Of a DNA stretch of 64,000 nucleotides, positions 19,080 through 27,451 are shown piece after piece. Made by a program: the position numbers and the translations under genes. Numbering within the stretch: position 1 is the stretch's first letter; each line of letters begins with the position of its first letter. The DNA lies in IMG/VR virus record IMGVR_UViG_3300042898_006156, positions 1-64,000 of that record; one strand, 5' to 3'. The notes under the pieces are model-generated. The model was not told the DNA's origin. It saw nothing but the letters and a program-made list of their open reading frames with translations, and ran no database searches. Origin of the DNA: a virus.

Positions 19080-20143
19080 AAATTAATTCTACCACTCTTT
19101 GCAGTGATGACAGGATTACGAGGATCAAATTCAAGATTTTCTCTGGCGTGTTTTATGTTTTCCGGATCCCAAGTAATGTAATGTTTTATTGGTTTATCCT
19201 CTGAATACGACCTGAAAAATTCATTAGGATCCATAATAATACTGTCATACCCTAATGAATTTAAGAATCTTTGAATAATCTCACCCTTGAAATCTTTGCT
19301 GTCATCATCAAAAGCTGCAAGAAATCCTTTTAAATAATCCATCATCATTACAGCTGAAACTTTGCCGTCAACAGATCCAGTCGTCGTTTGAATCAAATCT
19401 TCACACATTTGATATGCATCACTTGAGTTCATATAATCCATCAAAATATTGTAAAGTTTTAGAATAACTGTCTTGTATGAATTATTATCAGACTCATCAA
19501 CGTCATTTTCATTCAAAAATTCTAATGTTTCGTTTGTATCATCAACAAAAGTTTTTTCTGGATGTTCTGTATCATTTTCAGAAGTTAAATGAATTGGATT
19601 TTTCATTCTTATGTGAGCGGGAATTACTCTTGGTTTATTTGAGCCTAAAACAGTATCTTTTGCAATTTTTTCTACTAAGTATTGTAGGCTTGCAACAGTA
19701 CCATCTTCGTTAAAATAAGGGCGATATCTTGGATCATCACCATATAAGTTCCATAGATAATAAGAGTCTTCATTATCTTCATCAATCAATTCATATTGCA
19801 AATCTGTAATTTTTAATTTTTGATCTTTTCCAGAACCAGTGTAATTCTGTGTGGCATCTTGCTCATCACTTGTGAAATAAAATCCTTGACCAAAAGCATT
19901 AGATGAGACACCTTTATTTATGTCAAATCTGTCAAATTCGTGTGTAGTTCCATGATAGACAGTTTGCTCTGGCACGTAATGATCTTTAGCCCAATCATTG
20001 AAGAATAAACTTTGAGGTTCTTTTTGTGTTTCTAAAAGCTCTGGAGATTTCGCTTTCTGTTCTGATTTTTCTTTACTTTTAGGCTGGGATTGTTCTACAT
20101 CTAAACCAGGAAGTTGTAATTGTTGTGCTAATTTATACCACAT
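19058..20143 (-). CDS. putative ADP-ribosyltransferase (ART-PolyVal-like) with MWY leader
   Basis: VYHGT..FDRFD...FGQGFYFTSD...A..Y; IRMKNP; LGYDSII. Confidence 0.7.
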   Translation of the reverse strand: MWYKLAQQLQLPGLDVEQSQPKSKEKSEQKAKSPELLETQKEPQSLFFNDWAKDHYVPEQTVYHGTTHEFDRFDINKGVSSNAFGQGFYFTSDEQDATQNYTGSGKDQKLKITDLQYELIDEDNEDSYYLWNLYGDDPRYRPYFNEDGTVASLQYLVEKIAKDTVLGSNKPRVIPAHIRMKNPIHLTSENDTEHPEKTFVDDTNETLEFLNENDVDESDNNSYKTVILKLYNILMDYMNSSDAYQMCEDLIQTTTGSVDGKVSAVMMMDYLKGFLAAFDDDSKDFKGEIIQRFLNSLGYDSIIMDPNEFFRSYSEDKPIKHYITWDPENIKHARENLEFDPRNPVITAKSGRINLWKNSLL

Positions 20144-20185
20144 AATTTTTTCTTATTACCTATACTATCTCTGTACAAATTATCT

Positions 20186-20557
20186 ATGCTTAAAAAATCT
20201 TGTACTATCCAAGAACCATTTTCCGCAAATAAGATGTATGCTCCTGTTGCTCGTGGAAAAATGGTGAAAAGCAAAAAATATAATGATTGGATAGAAAAGA
20301 ATGTCTCAATCATTAAAGATAATTTATTACCAGCAACAAATTATCCAATAGAAATAGAAATTCTTATTCTTGCTAACACTCAATGGAAAATGAGAAGCGA
20401 TCCAGATAATATTATAAAACCTATTGTTGATCTACTTGTAAGAGCAGAAATAATACCCGATGATACAAGCCGATTTGTTGAATCAGTCAAAGTAAGATAT
20501 TTGCAAGGATTCGGTTCTCCCACCACTTGCATTTCTTATTCTATTGTTGATAATTAA
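20186..20557 (+). CDS. rusA: RusA-family Holliday junction resolvase
   Basis: PFSANKMY; DPDNIIKPIVDLL...IIPDD. Confidence 0.85.
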   Translation: MLKKSCTIQEPFSANKMYAPVARGKMVKSKKYNDWIEKNVSIIKDNLLPATNYPIEIEILILANTQWKMRSDPDNIIKPIVDLLVRAEIIPDDTSRFVESVKVRYLQGFGSPTTCISYSIVDN

Positions 20558-20661
20558 TAAATTGACCAAGCTAAAATAAATATTGGAATGAAAATTGCCA
20601 ATAGTGTTAAGACCACCATTAAACAAATTATCAACTCCATCGGTGATAATTTAAACCTCAT
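20554..20661 (-). CDS. 35-aa pilin-alpha1-like hydrophobic peptide
   Basis: Hand translation MRFKLSPMELIICLMVVLTLLAIFIPIFILAWSIY; GGAGG SD; not in the ORF track. Confidence 0.65.
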   Translation of the reverse strand: MRFKLSPMELIICLMVVLTLLAIFIPIFILAWSIY

Positions 20662-20771
20662 AAGAATACCCTCCAAAAGTTATATTCTTATTCTATTTAA
20701 TTGCTTTGGATGCTTCTAAAAAAATAATTCTTAAATAGAAATATCCCCTATATTATAGGGGATATTTTTAG

Positions 20772-20843
20772 TAGCTCCATTAAGAATCGAACTTAAAATT
20801 AAACTTTAGAAGAGTCTTGTTATATCCGTTTAACTATAGAGCC
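20772..20843 (-). tRNA. tRNA-Arg (TCT)
   Basis: Cloverleaf GGCTCTA...TGGAGCTA; loop CT-TCT-AA; GTTCGATTC T-arm; TGG-TATAAT promoter upstream. Confidence 0.85.
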
Positions 20844-20876
20844 GTATCAAACTTACAAACTAATTATACCACAACT

Positions 20877-21056
20877 TTACATCTGCGCACTAACAACTTC
20901 AACTTTTTTCTTTGATTTTTCAAGTTTATATTCAATTGTTTTGCCGGTGTTTAAATATATATTTAACCAACGATTTAATTCTTTTAATTGAGCATAAGTC
21001 ATTTCAAGAGTCTTCTCCTCAAAATTTTCATCAATAATTGTGATCTTGTGTTTCAT
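20877..21056 (-). CDS. hypothetical protein (59 aa)
   Basis: Hand translation MKHKITIIDENFEEK...; TGG-TATGCT-N6-ATG. Confidence 0.6.
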   Translation of the reverse strand: MKHKITIIDENFEEKTLEMTYAQLKELNRWLNIYLNTGKTIEYKLEKSKKKVEVVSAQM

Positions 21057-21095
21057 AAGGATAGCATACCACGATTTAGGTATAATGCAAGTAAG

Positions 21096-21503
21096 ATGAA
21101 AATAATTGATATCTATAATTTATCCAGAAAAACCTCATTCCCAATTGAAGATATATTTAATTTAAAAGATTATGGCAGAAAAATCTTTTTAATACATAAC
21201 AATATTGGAGCTGATTGGGAAATGTTAAAGAAAAATGTCCCTGGTTTACAAGGACATTTTATAGAAACAAATTTAAATAAATTTTATATTGTTAGTTTGA
21301 ATGACAAACCGTTCATTCTTGTTAATTATGATAAAGTTTTACAGTATTTCACACCATATTCCACAGATCCATCTCTATATCAAACTTTTATGAAACTACT
21401 GATCGCTCATTCTGATTTATCATATTGTCATTTTGCTGCAGACAAAGATTTGAATATTCTTTTACCTGATGAAGATGGATATGATCAACAATTTGAAGAT
21501 TGA
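21096..21503 (+). CDS. hypothetical protein
   Basis: Start moved to ATG 21096 behind TATAAT. Confidence 0.7.
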   Translation: MKIIDIYNLSRKTSFPIEDIFNLKDYGRKIFLIHNNIGADWEMLKKNVPGLQGHFIETNLNKFYIVSLNDKPFILVNYDKVLQYFTPYSTDPSLYQTFMKLLIAHSDLSYCHFAADKDLNILLPDEDGYDQQFED

Positions 21504-21527
21504 AATTTTGAAATGTATAATACAATA

Positions 21528-22472
21528 ATGAAAAAAGCACTCATCACTGGAATAAATGGAAGCGGAGCAACTTATTTAGCAGAACATCTTTCTAATATTC
21601 CTGACATACAAATTCAAGGTATTTCTAGATGGCATACAGACAGAAAAATTAAATCTGGGTTTTCAAAGATCCAAATGTTTGAATGCGATTTGACAGATCT
21701 TGGAAGTGTAATTAGAACTCTTGAAATTGCAAAACCAGACTTTATATTTCACCTAGCATCAAACGCTAATGTGAAATTATCATTTACAACTCCAATCTCA
21801 GTCTTCAATAATAATGTAAATGGAACACTTAATTTATTAGAAGCTTTAAGAATTTTAAATCAAAAACCAATGCTTCAATTTTGTGGTACTTCTGAAGTTT
21901 ATGGACAAGTAAGACCAGATGAAATTCCAATCAAAGAAACTCAAAGCATAGACCCTGTAAATGTTTATGCTATCAGCAAACTGACACAAGAGAAATTGGT
22001 AAAATCATATTTTAAATCTTACAATATTCCTTGTGTTATTACTCGATCTTTTGGCTACATTAATCCAAGAAGACCAGATATCTTTTCTAGCGCATTTGCA
22101 AAACAAATTGTTGATATTGAAAATGGCAAACAAGATATTCTCTATCATGGAAATTTAGATTCAGTCAGAACTTTACTTGATGTAAGAGATATTGTTGAAG
22201 CTTATTGGGTGTCTGCTGAAAAATGCGATCTTGGAGAAGCATACAATATTGGTAGTACAGTTCCAGTAAGAGTTGGAGATTTTCTTGAAGAACTCAAAAA
22301 ACAAGCTAAATGCAAGATTGTTTCAAAAGAAGATCCTAATTTATTAAGACCTGTAGACGTTACCCTTCAAATTCCAAGTGTAGATAAATTTTATGAAAAA
22401 ACAAAGTGGAAACCTAAATATACTTTGGAAGATAGCGTAAAGTTACTTTTAGACTACTACAGAAATCAATAA
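21528..22472 (+). CDS. gmd: GDP-mannose 4,6-dehydratase-like extended SDR enzyme
   Basis: ALITGINGSG, FHLAS, GTSEVYG, YAISK, GNLDSVR, LLRPVD. Confidence 0.8.
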   Translation: MKKALITGINGSGATYLAEHLSNIPDIQIQGISRWHTDRKIKSGFSKIQMFECDLTDLGSVIRTLEIAKPDFIFHLASNANVKLSFTTPISVFNNNVNGTLNLLEALRILNQKPMLQFCGTSEVYGQVRPDEIPIKETQSIDPVNVYAISKLTQEKLVKSYFKSYNIPCVITRSFGYINPRRPDIFSSAFAKQIVDIENGKQDILYHGNLDSVRTLLDVRDIVEAYWVSAEKCDLGEAYNIGSTVPVRVGDFLEELKKQAKCKIVSKEDPNLLRPVDVTLQIPSVDKFYEKTKWKPKYTLEDSVKLLLDYYRNQ

Positions 22473-22498
22473 AAAAGGGGAGCTTTGCTCCCCTTTTT
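22471..22498. terminator. bidirectional terminator
   Basis: AAAAAAGGGGAGC-TTT-GCTCCCCTTTTTT. Confidence 0.8.
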
Positions 22499-22728
22499 TA
22501 TTGATTTTTATCATCTTCCTTTTCTATCTTAAAATAAACTTTTTCCTCACCATACTCATAAACTAAATAATCTGGACTATTTACAAGATCATTTAATTTT
22601 TCACTCAAAACAAAATTAGGAAAAATAGCTTTCATAATTGCATCTCTTTCTGTTAGTATCCAATTATAATCACTATTTGAGCCCCCAACTTTGCCATTTT
22701 TACCCTCTATAGTGTATTTATATGTCAT
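22498..22728 (-). CDS. hypothetical protein
   Basis: 76 aa, ATGA overlap. Confidence 0.65.
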   Translation of the reverse strand: MTYKYTIEGKNGKVGGSNSDYNWILTERDAIMKAIFPNFVLSEKLNDLVNSPDYLVYEYGEEKVYFKIEKEDDKNQ

Positions 22729-23039
22729 CTCTTTACTTTCTTATAATAAAAATCCCAAAGCTCTTTAAAGCCATTTTTACCAATGTTGTGCTCTATATGA
22801 TAATCAATAACTAAAGGGGCTCGAGATTCTTTATTATTTCTAGAATAAAAATTATCATAGAAACGCTCATATTTCAACTTATCAATAATGTCAACACTCA
22901 TAAAACGCTTATTAAGAGAAACAATACCAATCCTACTTCCACTTCTCCCAACTAATTGAATCGCATATCTAGTGTCAAAATTACCAACATTCAAGACACA
23001 TTCTTTTTTAATCTTCTCAACCCACTCACGTTCAGTCAT
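22725..23039 (-). CDS. hypothetical protein
   Basis: 104 aa, TAAAAT box just upstream of ATG. Confidence 0.7.
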   Translation of the reverse strand: MTEREWVEKIKKECVLNVGNFDTRYAIQLVGRSGSRIGIVSLNKRFMSVDIIDKLKYERFYDNFYSRNNKESRAPLVIDYHIEHNIGKNGFKELWDFYYKKVKR

Positions 23040-23091
23040 AATTTATTTTACCTTAAATTTTTAAACCCATCGATTTCGATGGGTTTAAAAA

Positions 23092-23229
23092 TTATTCTGG
23101 TCGATCTGTAATCATACTATCGAGTATCTTTATCAATCTATTTAAACGATAATTGAAATAAAGAGAAAATGCCATAACAGATACAAAAATAACAAAACAG
23201 TTAATCCAAGTTGCAGTGTAAATATTCAT
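23092..23229 (-). CDS. small single-TM protein (45 aa)
   Basis: Hand translation MNIYTATWINCFVIFVSVMAFSLYF...; GGAG SD; hairpin 23053-23092 follows. Confidence 0.55.
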   Translation of the reverse strand: MNIYTATWINCFVIFVSVMAFSLYFNYRLNRLIKILDSMITDRPE

Positions 23230-23231
23230 AT

Positions 23232-23387
23232 CTACTCCACCATTTTCGCTGTCTTCTTATTCAATGCTTCAAAATTATTATCATAAGACTTCAAGATTTT
23301 TTTAACCTGAAAAATTACGACAAATATCAAGACGAAAATTATTGCCACTAAAGCAAATAAAATTGATAGTAAAATTGTTAAGTTCAT
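23232..23387 (-). CDS. small single-TM protein (51 aa)
   Basis: Hand translation MNLTILLSILFALVAIIFVLIFVVIF...; TGA-TATAAT-N6-ATG. Confidence 0.6.
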   Translation of the reverse strand: MNLTILLSILFALVAIIFVLIFVVIFQVKKILKSYDNNFEALNKKTAKMVE

Positions 23388-23417
23388 ATCTTTATTATAT
23401 CACAGAAAAGGGAAAGG

Positions 23418-23488
23418 AGCACTATAGACGAATCGAACGCCTGAAATCACATTACAAGTGTGATGTTTTACCCCTAAACTAATAGTGC
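23418..23488 (-). tRNA. tRNA-Thr (TGT)
   Basis: GCACTAT...ATAGTGCT; anticodon arm TCACA-CTTGTAA-TGTGA. Confidence 0.9.
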
Positions 23489-23495
23489 TGGTAAA

Positions 23496-23566
23496 TTCTC
23501 CGGTAAAGATTCGAACTTCAACTAAAGGCACCAAAAACCTCTGTGCTACCGTTACACCACCAGAGA
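23496..23566 (-). tRNA. tRNA-Gln (TTG)
   Basis: TCTCTGG...CCGGAGAA; arm GAGGT-TTTTGGT-GCCTT; GTTCGAATC. Confidence 0.9.
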
Positions 23567-23592
23567 ACAACAAATATATTATACCACAAGAA

Positions 23593-23665
23593 TAGCCTGT
23601 AGGGGTATCGAACCCCTGGTCTCCTCCGTGAAAGGGAGGCATCTTAACCACTCGACTAACAGGCC
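23593..23665 (-). tRNA. tRNA-Glu (TTC)
   Basis: GGCCTGT...ACAGGCTA; arm CCTCC-CTTTCAC-GGAGG. Confidence 0.92.
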
Positions 23666-23708
23666 TTATCAAAATTAATCCCTATACGATTTGTATAGGG
23701 ATTATACA

Positions 23709-23780
23709 CTCCTTAAATAGGATTCGAACCTATGACCGTTCGGTTAACAGCCGAATGCTCTACCGCTGAGCTATTAAGGA
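23709..23780 (-). tRNA. tRNA-Asn (GTT)
   Basis: TCCTTAA...TTAAGGAG; arm TTCGG-CTGTTAA-CCGAA. Confidence 0.93.
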
Positions 23781-23878
23781 CCATCAAAACAATTATACCT
23801 TAAAATTAATAGCAAGCAACTTTTAGGATAATAATTGTTGATACTACTACGATTAGTCCGAATATAAAATCTACGAGT

Positions 23879-24106
23879 TTACGCTGTTGTATCATTCTTG
23901 CTATCAGAATATCTATCAAATCTGTTTGAGAGGATCATAAATGTAGGAGCCCAGAGTCCGACAAAGATTCCAAATCTTTCTCCGTGTGCTTGTGCTTCCA
24001 TTGATTTTCCGCCAGTGAGATACCAGATTGCGATTGACCCTACGATTGATGCAAAGCCAAGTACTAAACATACAAGACTTAATTGTTTGAATTGATTTGT
24101 GTTCAT
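23879..24106 (-). CDS. small 2-TM membrane protein
   Basis: HGERFGIFVGLWAPTF motif of a widespread small bacterial family; TATGAT-N6-ATG. Confidence 0.75.
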   Translation of the reverse strand: MNTNQFKQLSLVCLVLGFASIVGSIAIWYLTGGKSMEAQAHGERFGIFVGLWAPTFMILSNRFDRYSDSKNDTTA

Positions 24107-24187
24107 ATCTTTATCATACCTTACAAATTGAGAAAATAATATTAAGTTCTTTCATAATTTACTCTACCATATTTGTATAAGTTATGT

Positions 24188-24946
24188 ATGCCTGAACCTA
24201 ATTTTGATTGTAATTATTGTGGAGCTCCTGGTTATAACTCTCCTGCAAAAATGAAGAGGAACAATAATAATTTTTGTTCTAAAGACTGTTCTATCAAGTA
24301 TAGTACCAAAAAGATTGAAATTTTTTGTAATGGTTGTGGGAAGAACACTTTAAAGAGTTTATATCAATTTGTGAGAAGTAAAAAACTTTTCTGCAGTAGT
24401 GAGTGTCATAATAAATATAAGAATAAGAAAGTAGAGGTTGAGTGTTTAGTTTGTAAAAAACTATTTCTTAAAGATTTATTTGAGGTGAATCGTAGTCCTA
24501 GAAATTGTTGTTCTCAAGATTGTTATAAAATTCTTCAAAAATATCACAAAGATTGGGGTAGTAATCGTAGTAAGTTGGAATGCGCTATTGAAAAAAATCT
24601 TTACAATATTTTTTCTTTTGAAATCATTTATAACAAGACTCATATAGGTTATGAGTTAGATATTAATATTCCTTCGTTAAGTTTAGCATTTGAGTTTAAT
24701 GGTATTTTTCATTACAAACCTATTTATGGAATTGAAAAACTCTTGAGAGTTCAGCAAATTGATAGAGAAAAAGTAGCGGAATGTAAAAAAAGAAACATCA
24801 AACTTATAGTTATTGATGTTTCGGAAGACAAATCTACGAAGAAAGTGATAAGAGAAAGATTTGAACAAGTTTTGTCTATAATCAATGAAAGAATTGAAGA
24901 ATTGAATTTTCCATCTGACACCTATCAATTCTCTATGATGTTATAA
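24188..24946 (+). CDS. free-standing endonuclease: CxxC...CSxxC Zn-finger repeats plus PD-(D/E)XK-like domain
   Basis: Three Zn-finger repeats; RSKLE...ELDINIP...AFEFNGIFHY; leaderless start at 24188. Confidence 0.75.
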   Translation: MPEPNFDCNYCGAPGYNSPAKMKRNNNNFCSKDCSIKYSTKKIEIFCNGCGKNTLKSLYQFVRSKKLFCSSECHNKYKNKKVEVECLVCKKLFLKDLFEVNRSPRNCCSQDCYKILQKYHKDWGSNRSKLECAIEKNLYNIFSFEIIYNKTHIGYELDINIPSLSLAFEFNGIFHYKPIYGIEKLLRVQQIDREKVAECKKRNIKLIVIDVSEDKSTKKVIRERFEQVLSIINERIEELNFPSDTYQFSMML

Positions 24947-25070
24947 ATTTAGTTAATCTTAAATTTAATTAGATTATCTATAACTTGCCAAATATGTACA
25001 TCTTTTTCTTCTTTCTTTTTTTCATCTGATATAAAAGAAAAAAGAATAAATGATAGTAATTGAGTGTTCA

Positions 25071-25301
25071 TTAGTTGCTCATCATCCTTTCTATTGCTAC
25101 TTGTTTTTTTGATTTGGCTGTTGAAGTGTAATAATTTTTCTTTGATGCGTTAGACATCATATGCATAGCTTGAACACATTCTCGAATTTGAGATGAATTT
25201 GAATTTTCTTTCACTGGTTCTGGTTTAATTGCATATCCAATACTGCCACTTACCACGATGAGCATAAAGTAAAAAAATATTTTTTCAATGTTAGTTTTCA
25301 T
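25071..25301 (-). CDS. small membrane-anchored protein
   Basis: GGAGG SD before ATG 25301; N-terminal TM. Confidence 0.65.
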   Translation of the reverse strand: MKTNIEKIFFYFMLIVVSGSIGYAIKPEPVKENSNSSQIRECVQAMHMMSNASKKNYYTSTAKSKKQVAIERMMSN

Positions 25302-25378
25302 AATACCCTCCTTCAAATAAAAAAGCCCTATTCGAAAAAGAATAGGGCTTCAATGCACTGTAAATAGTATACAGTGTT

Positions 25379-26164
25379 TTAGGTTTGATTGCCTGGTAGT
25401 TTTATTAAGTTATTGTTATATTGTTGTCCAGTGAGCTCGGTATATCTTGTTATTGATTGTTCATAGTAATCAGGATCTATTTCGCATCCTTTAAAATTTC
25501 TTCCAGTATTTTCGCAAGCTATCATTGTGGATCCAGCGCCATTAAAGATATCTAATACTGTTTCTCCTGGGTTTGTGTAAGCTTCTATAAATCTTTCTAG
25601 TATGCTGATTGGTTTTTGTGTAGGATGCCAATTACAATATTCTTTGCTAGTTGTGTGGTTATTCTTTTCCCATACACAGGTTGGGATAGTTCCTTGTTCG
25701 TATTCTTTTCCCGTTCTAATGTTTACTTTTTGTTTTCTTTCAGTTCTTACTTTATCAGCATTAAAAGTAAAAGTTTTTTCTTTAGAGTAGCACCAAATAA
25801 ATTCGTGTTTTCTAGCAAAGTTTGTTTTGCTTCTTCCTCCCCAATTGTAAGACCATATAATTTCTGGCTGTTGGAAGAAGTTTGGTAGTTTGTCTAATAT
25901 TTCTAATCTATAGCGCAAAAAAGTATTGTATTTTAAAGTTCCAAATACACACATCATCTTATTGGGTTTTAAGATTCTAGCGCATTCTTTGGTCCATTTT
26001 TCGCACCAATCTAAATAATCTTGATCTGAATTCCATTGTTTGTCCCATCCTTTTCCTCCATCAAATCCAATAAAGTATGGTGGATCGGTGAGGATAAGAT
26101 CAATAGAATTGTCTTTAAGTGTTTCAAGGTATTCAATACAATCTAAATTGAGGTATTCGTGCAT
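25379..26164 (-). CDS. DNA N6-adenine/N4-cytosine methyltransferase (beta class), orphan
   Basis: TDPPY, HPTQKP, VLDIFNGAGST, GCEID. Confidence 0.92.
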   Translation of the reverse strand: MHEYLNLDCIEYLETLKDNSIDLILTDPPYFIGFDGGKGWDKQWNSDQDYLDWCEKWTKECARILKPNKMMCVFGTLKYNTFLRYRLEILDKLPNFFQQPEIIWSYNWGGRSKTNFARKHEFIWCYSKEKTFTFNADKVRTERKQKVNIRTGKEYEQGTIPTCVWEKNNHTTSKEYCNWHPTQKPISILERFIEAYTNPGETVLDIFNGAGSTMIACENTGRNFKGCEIDPDYYEQSITRYTELTGQQYNNNLIKLPGNQT

Positions 26165-26244
26165 TCTTATCTTATACTTAAAAAGGTGAGTTGAAAATAT
26201 TCTGTAATATAAAATTAGAAGTGTTTATTTTACAGGATCACAGT

Positions 26245-27429
26245 ATGAAAGAAACTCAATTACATAAATATATTAAATTAGCAATGGAAGCTGACATTGA
26301 TGGAGACTATAAATCAGCTGATGAAATTGACAATTTTATCAAACATGCTCAAAATCCTCTTCAAACTGGTTGGAGAAGTTTTGTCAATAGAATGCGTGGA
26401 ATGGGTGACGAAACAGGAAGAGCTAGAAGACAGGTACGTGATCTAAGAAGAGGTCCAAATACTGTAGATCGAATGAGATCTCAACCATCTTATGATGAAG
26501 CTTTAGGATTACTTGAAGATGGTAAAAATATAAGTGGTCATAATCCTATGAAGTTGAGAAGTAATGCAACACTTACTGATCGCATAATCAATGCTCTACA
26601 ACCAGCTTACAGACAAGTACAAACCAAGCAAAAAGAATTTCCTGAATTATATAAAAAGTGGGAAGCTATTTATGATGCAAAAATAGCAGAATTGAAAAAA
26701 AAGAATGGCCTAAGCGATGATGAAATTAATGATTGGTTAGATAATCATCCACAAGAAAGAGAAAATTTAGTAAGTCCTTTAGAAAGTCAGCTCGTGAGGA
26801 TGAGAGATGCTCATGCTGCACTCATAGAAAATGCCATAGATCAAGTATGTAGTGCTTATCAGATTCCAAGAAATATGGAAAATTTAAATCGAATAAAAGC
26901 TCGTATTGCTTCTGATAGACAATTGAGAGGAATGTTATATGATAATTCTTTTACTACAGATAGTATGATTGAGCAAGTACTTCAAAATAGCACAATTCCT
27001 ATGAGAAGTTACTTAAATAATATGGGACCTTGGAAAGCATCTATGAGTCCTGCGGTTACTGGTTTACTTTTATTTGGTGCTGGAGTTGGTGTAGGATCTG
27101 TTGGCAAAGGAAAATCTCAACCTCAAGCTCCAAAGGGATTAGCCGCATCGCCGTTTGTAGGTGTATTAACAAATGAACTTCTCGCTGATAGAAAAAAAGC
27201 AAAGTTATTTGACACTCCTATCGAAACTATGGAAAAATATATCAAAAGAAAGAAAGACAATGGATCTATCAAACCAGGCATAACAAAAAAAGAACTTTAT
27301 AATATGGCATTAATTGATTTAGGTGAACATGTTGCAAACAATTTAATTCAATATGTTATGGACAAATATGGCTTTACAATTCCAAAAGATTCAACTGAAA
27401 AAGATTTTGTTGTAAATCTTTTCAAATAA
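26245..27429 (+). CDS. hypothetical protein with N-terminal shared module and one hydrophobic Gly-rich segment
   Basis: Start moved to 26245; KYIKLAMEADIDGDYKSADEID...KHAQ. Confidence 0.75.
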   Translation: MKETQLHKYIKLAMEADIDGDYKSADEIDNFIKHAQNPLQTGWRSFVNRMRGMGDETGRARRQVRDLRRGPNTVDRMRSQPSYDEALGLLEDGKNISGHNPMKLRSNATLTDRIINALQPAYRQVQTKQKEFPELYKKWEAIYDAKIAELKKKNGLSDDEINDWLDNHPQERENLVSPLESQLVRMRDAHAALIENAIDQVCSAYQIPRNMENLNRIKARIASDRQLRGMLYDNSFTTDSMIEQVLQNSTIPMRSYLNNMGPWKASMSPAVTGLLLFGAGVGVGSVGKGKSQPQAPKGLAASPFVGVLTNELLADRKKAKLFDTPIETMEKYIKRKKDNGSIKPGITKKELYNMALIDLGEHVANNLIQYVMDKYGFTIPKDSTEKDFVVNLFK

Positions 27430-27451
27430 ATAACCCCCCCTGTAAGGGGGT

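Noticed and set aside
23400-23672. 90-aa ORF in the track
   Set aside because: It overlies three well-formed tRNA genes.
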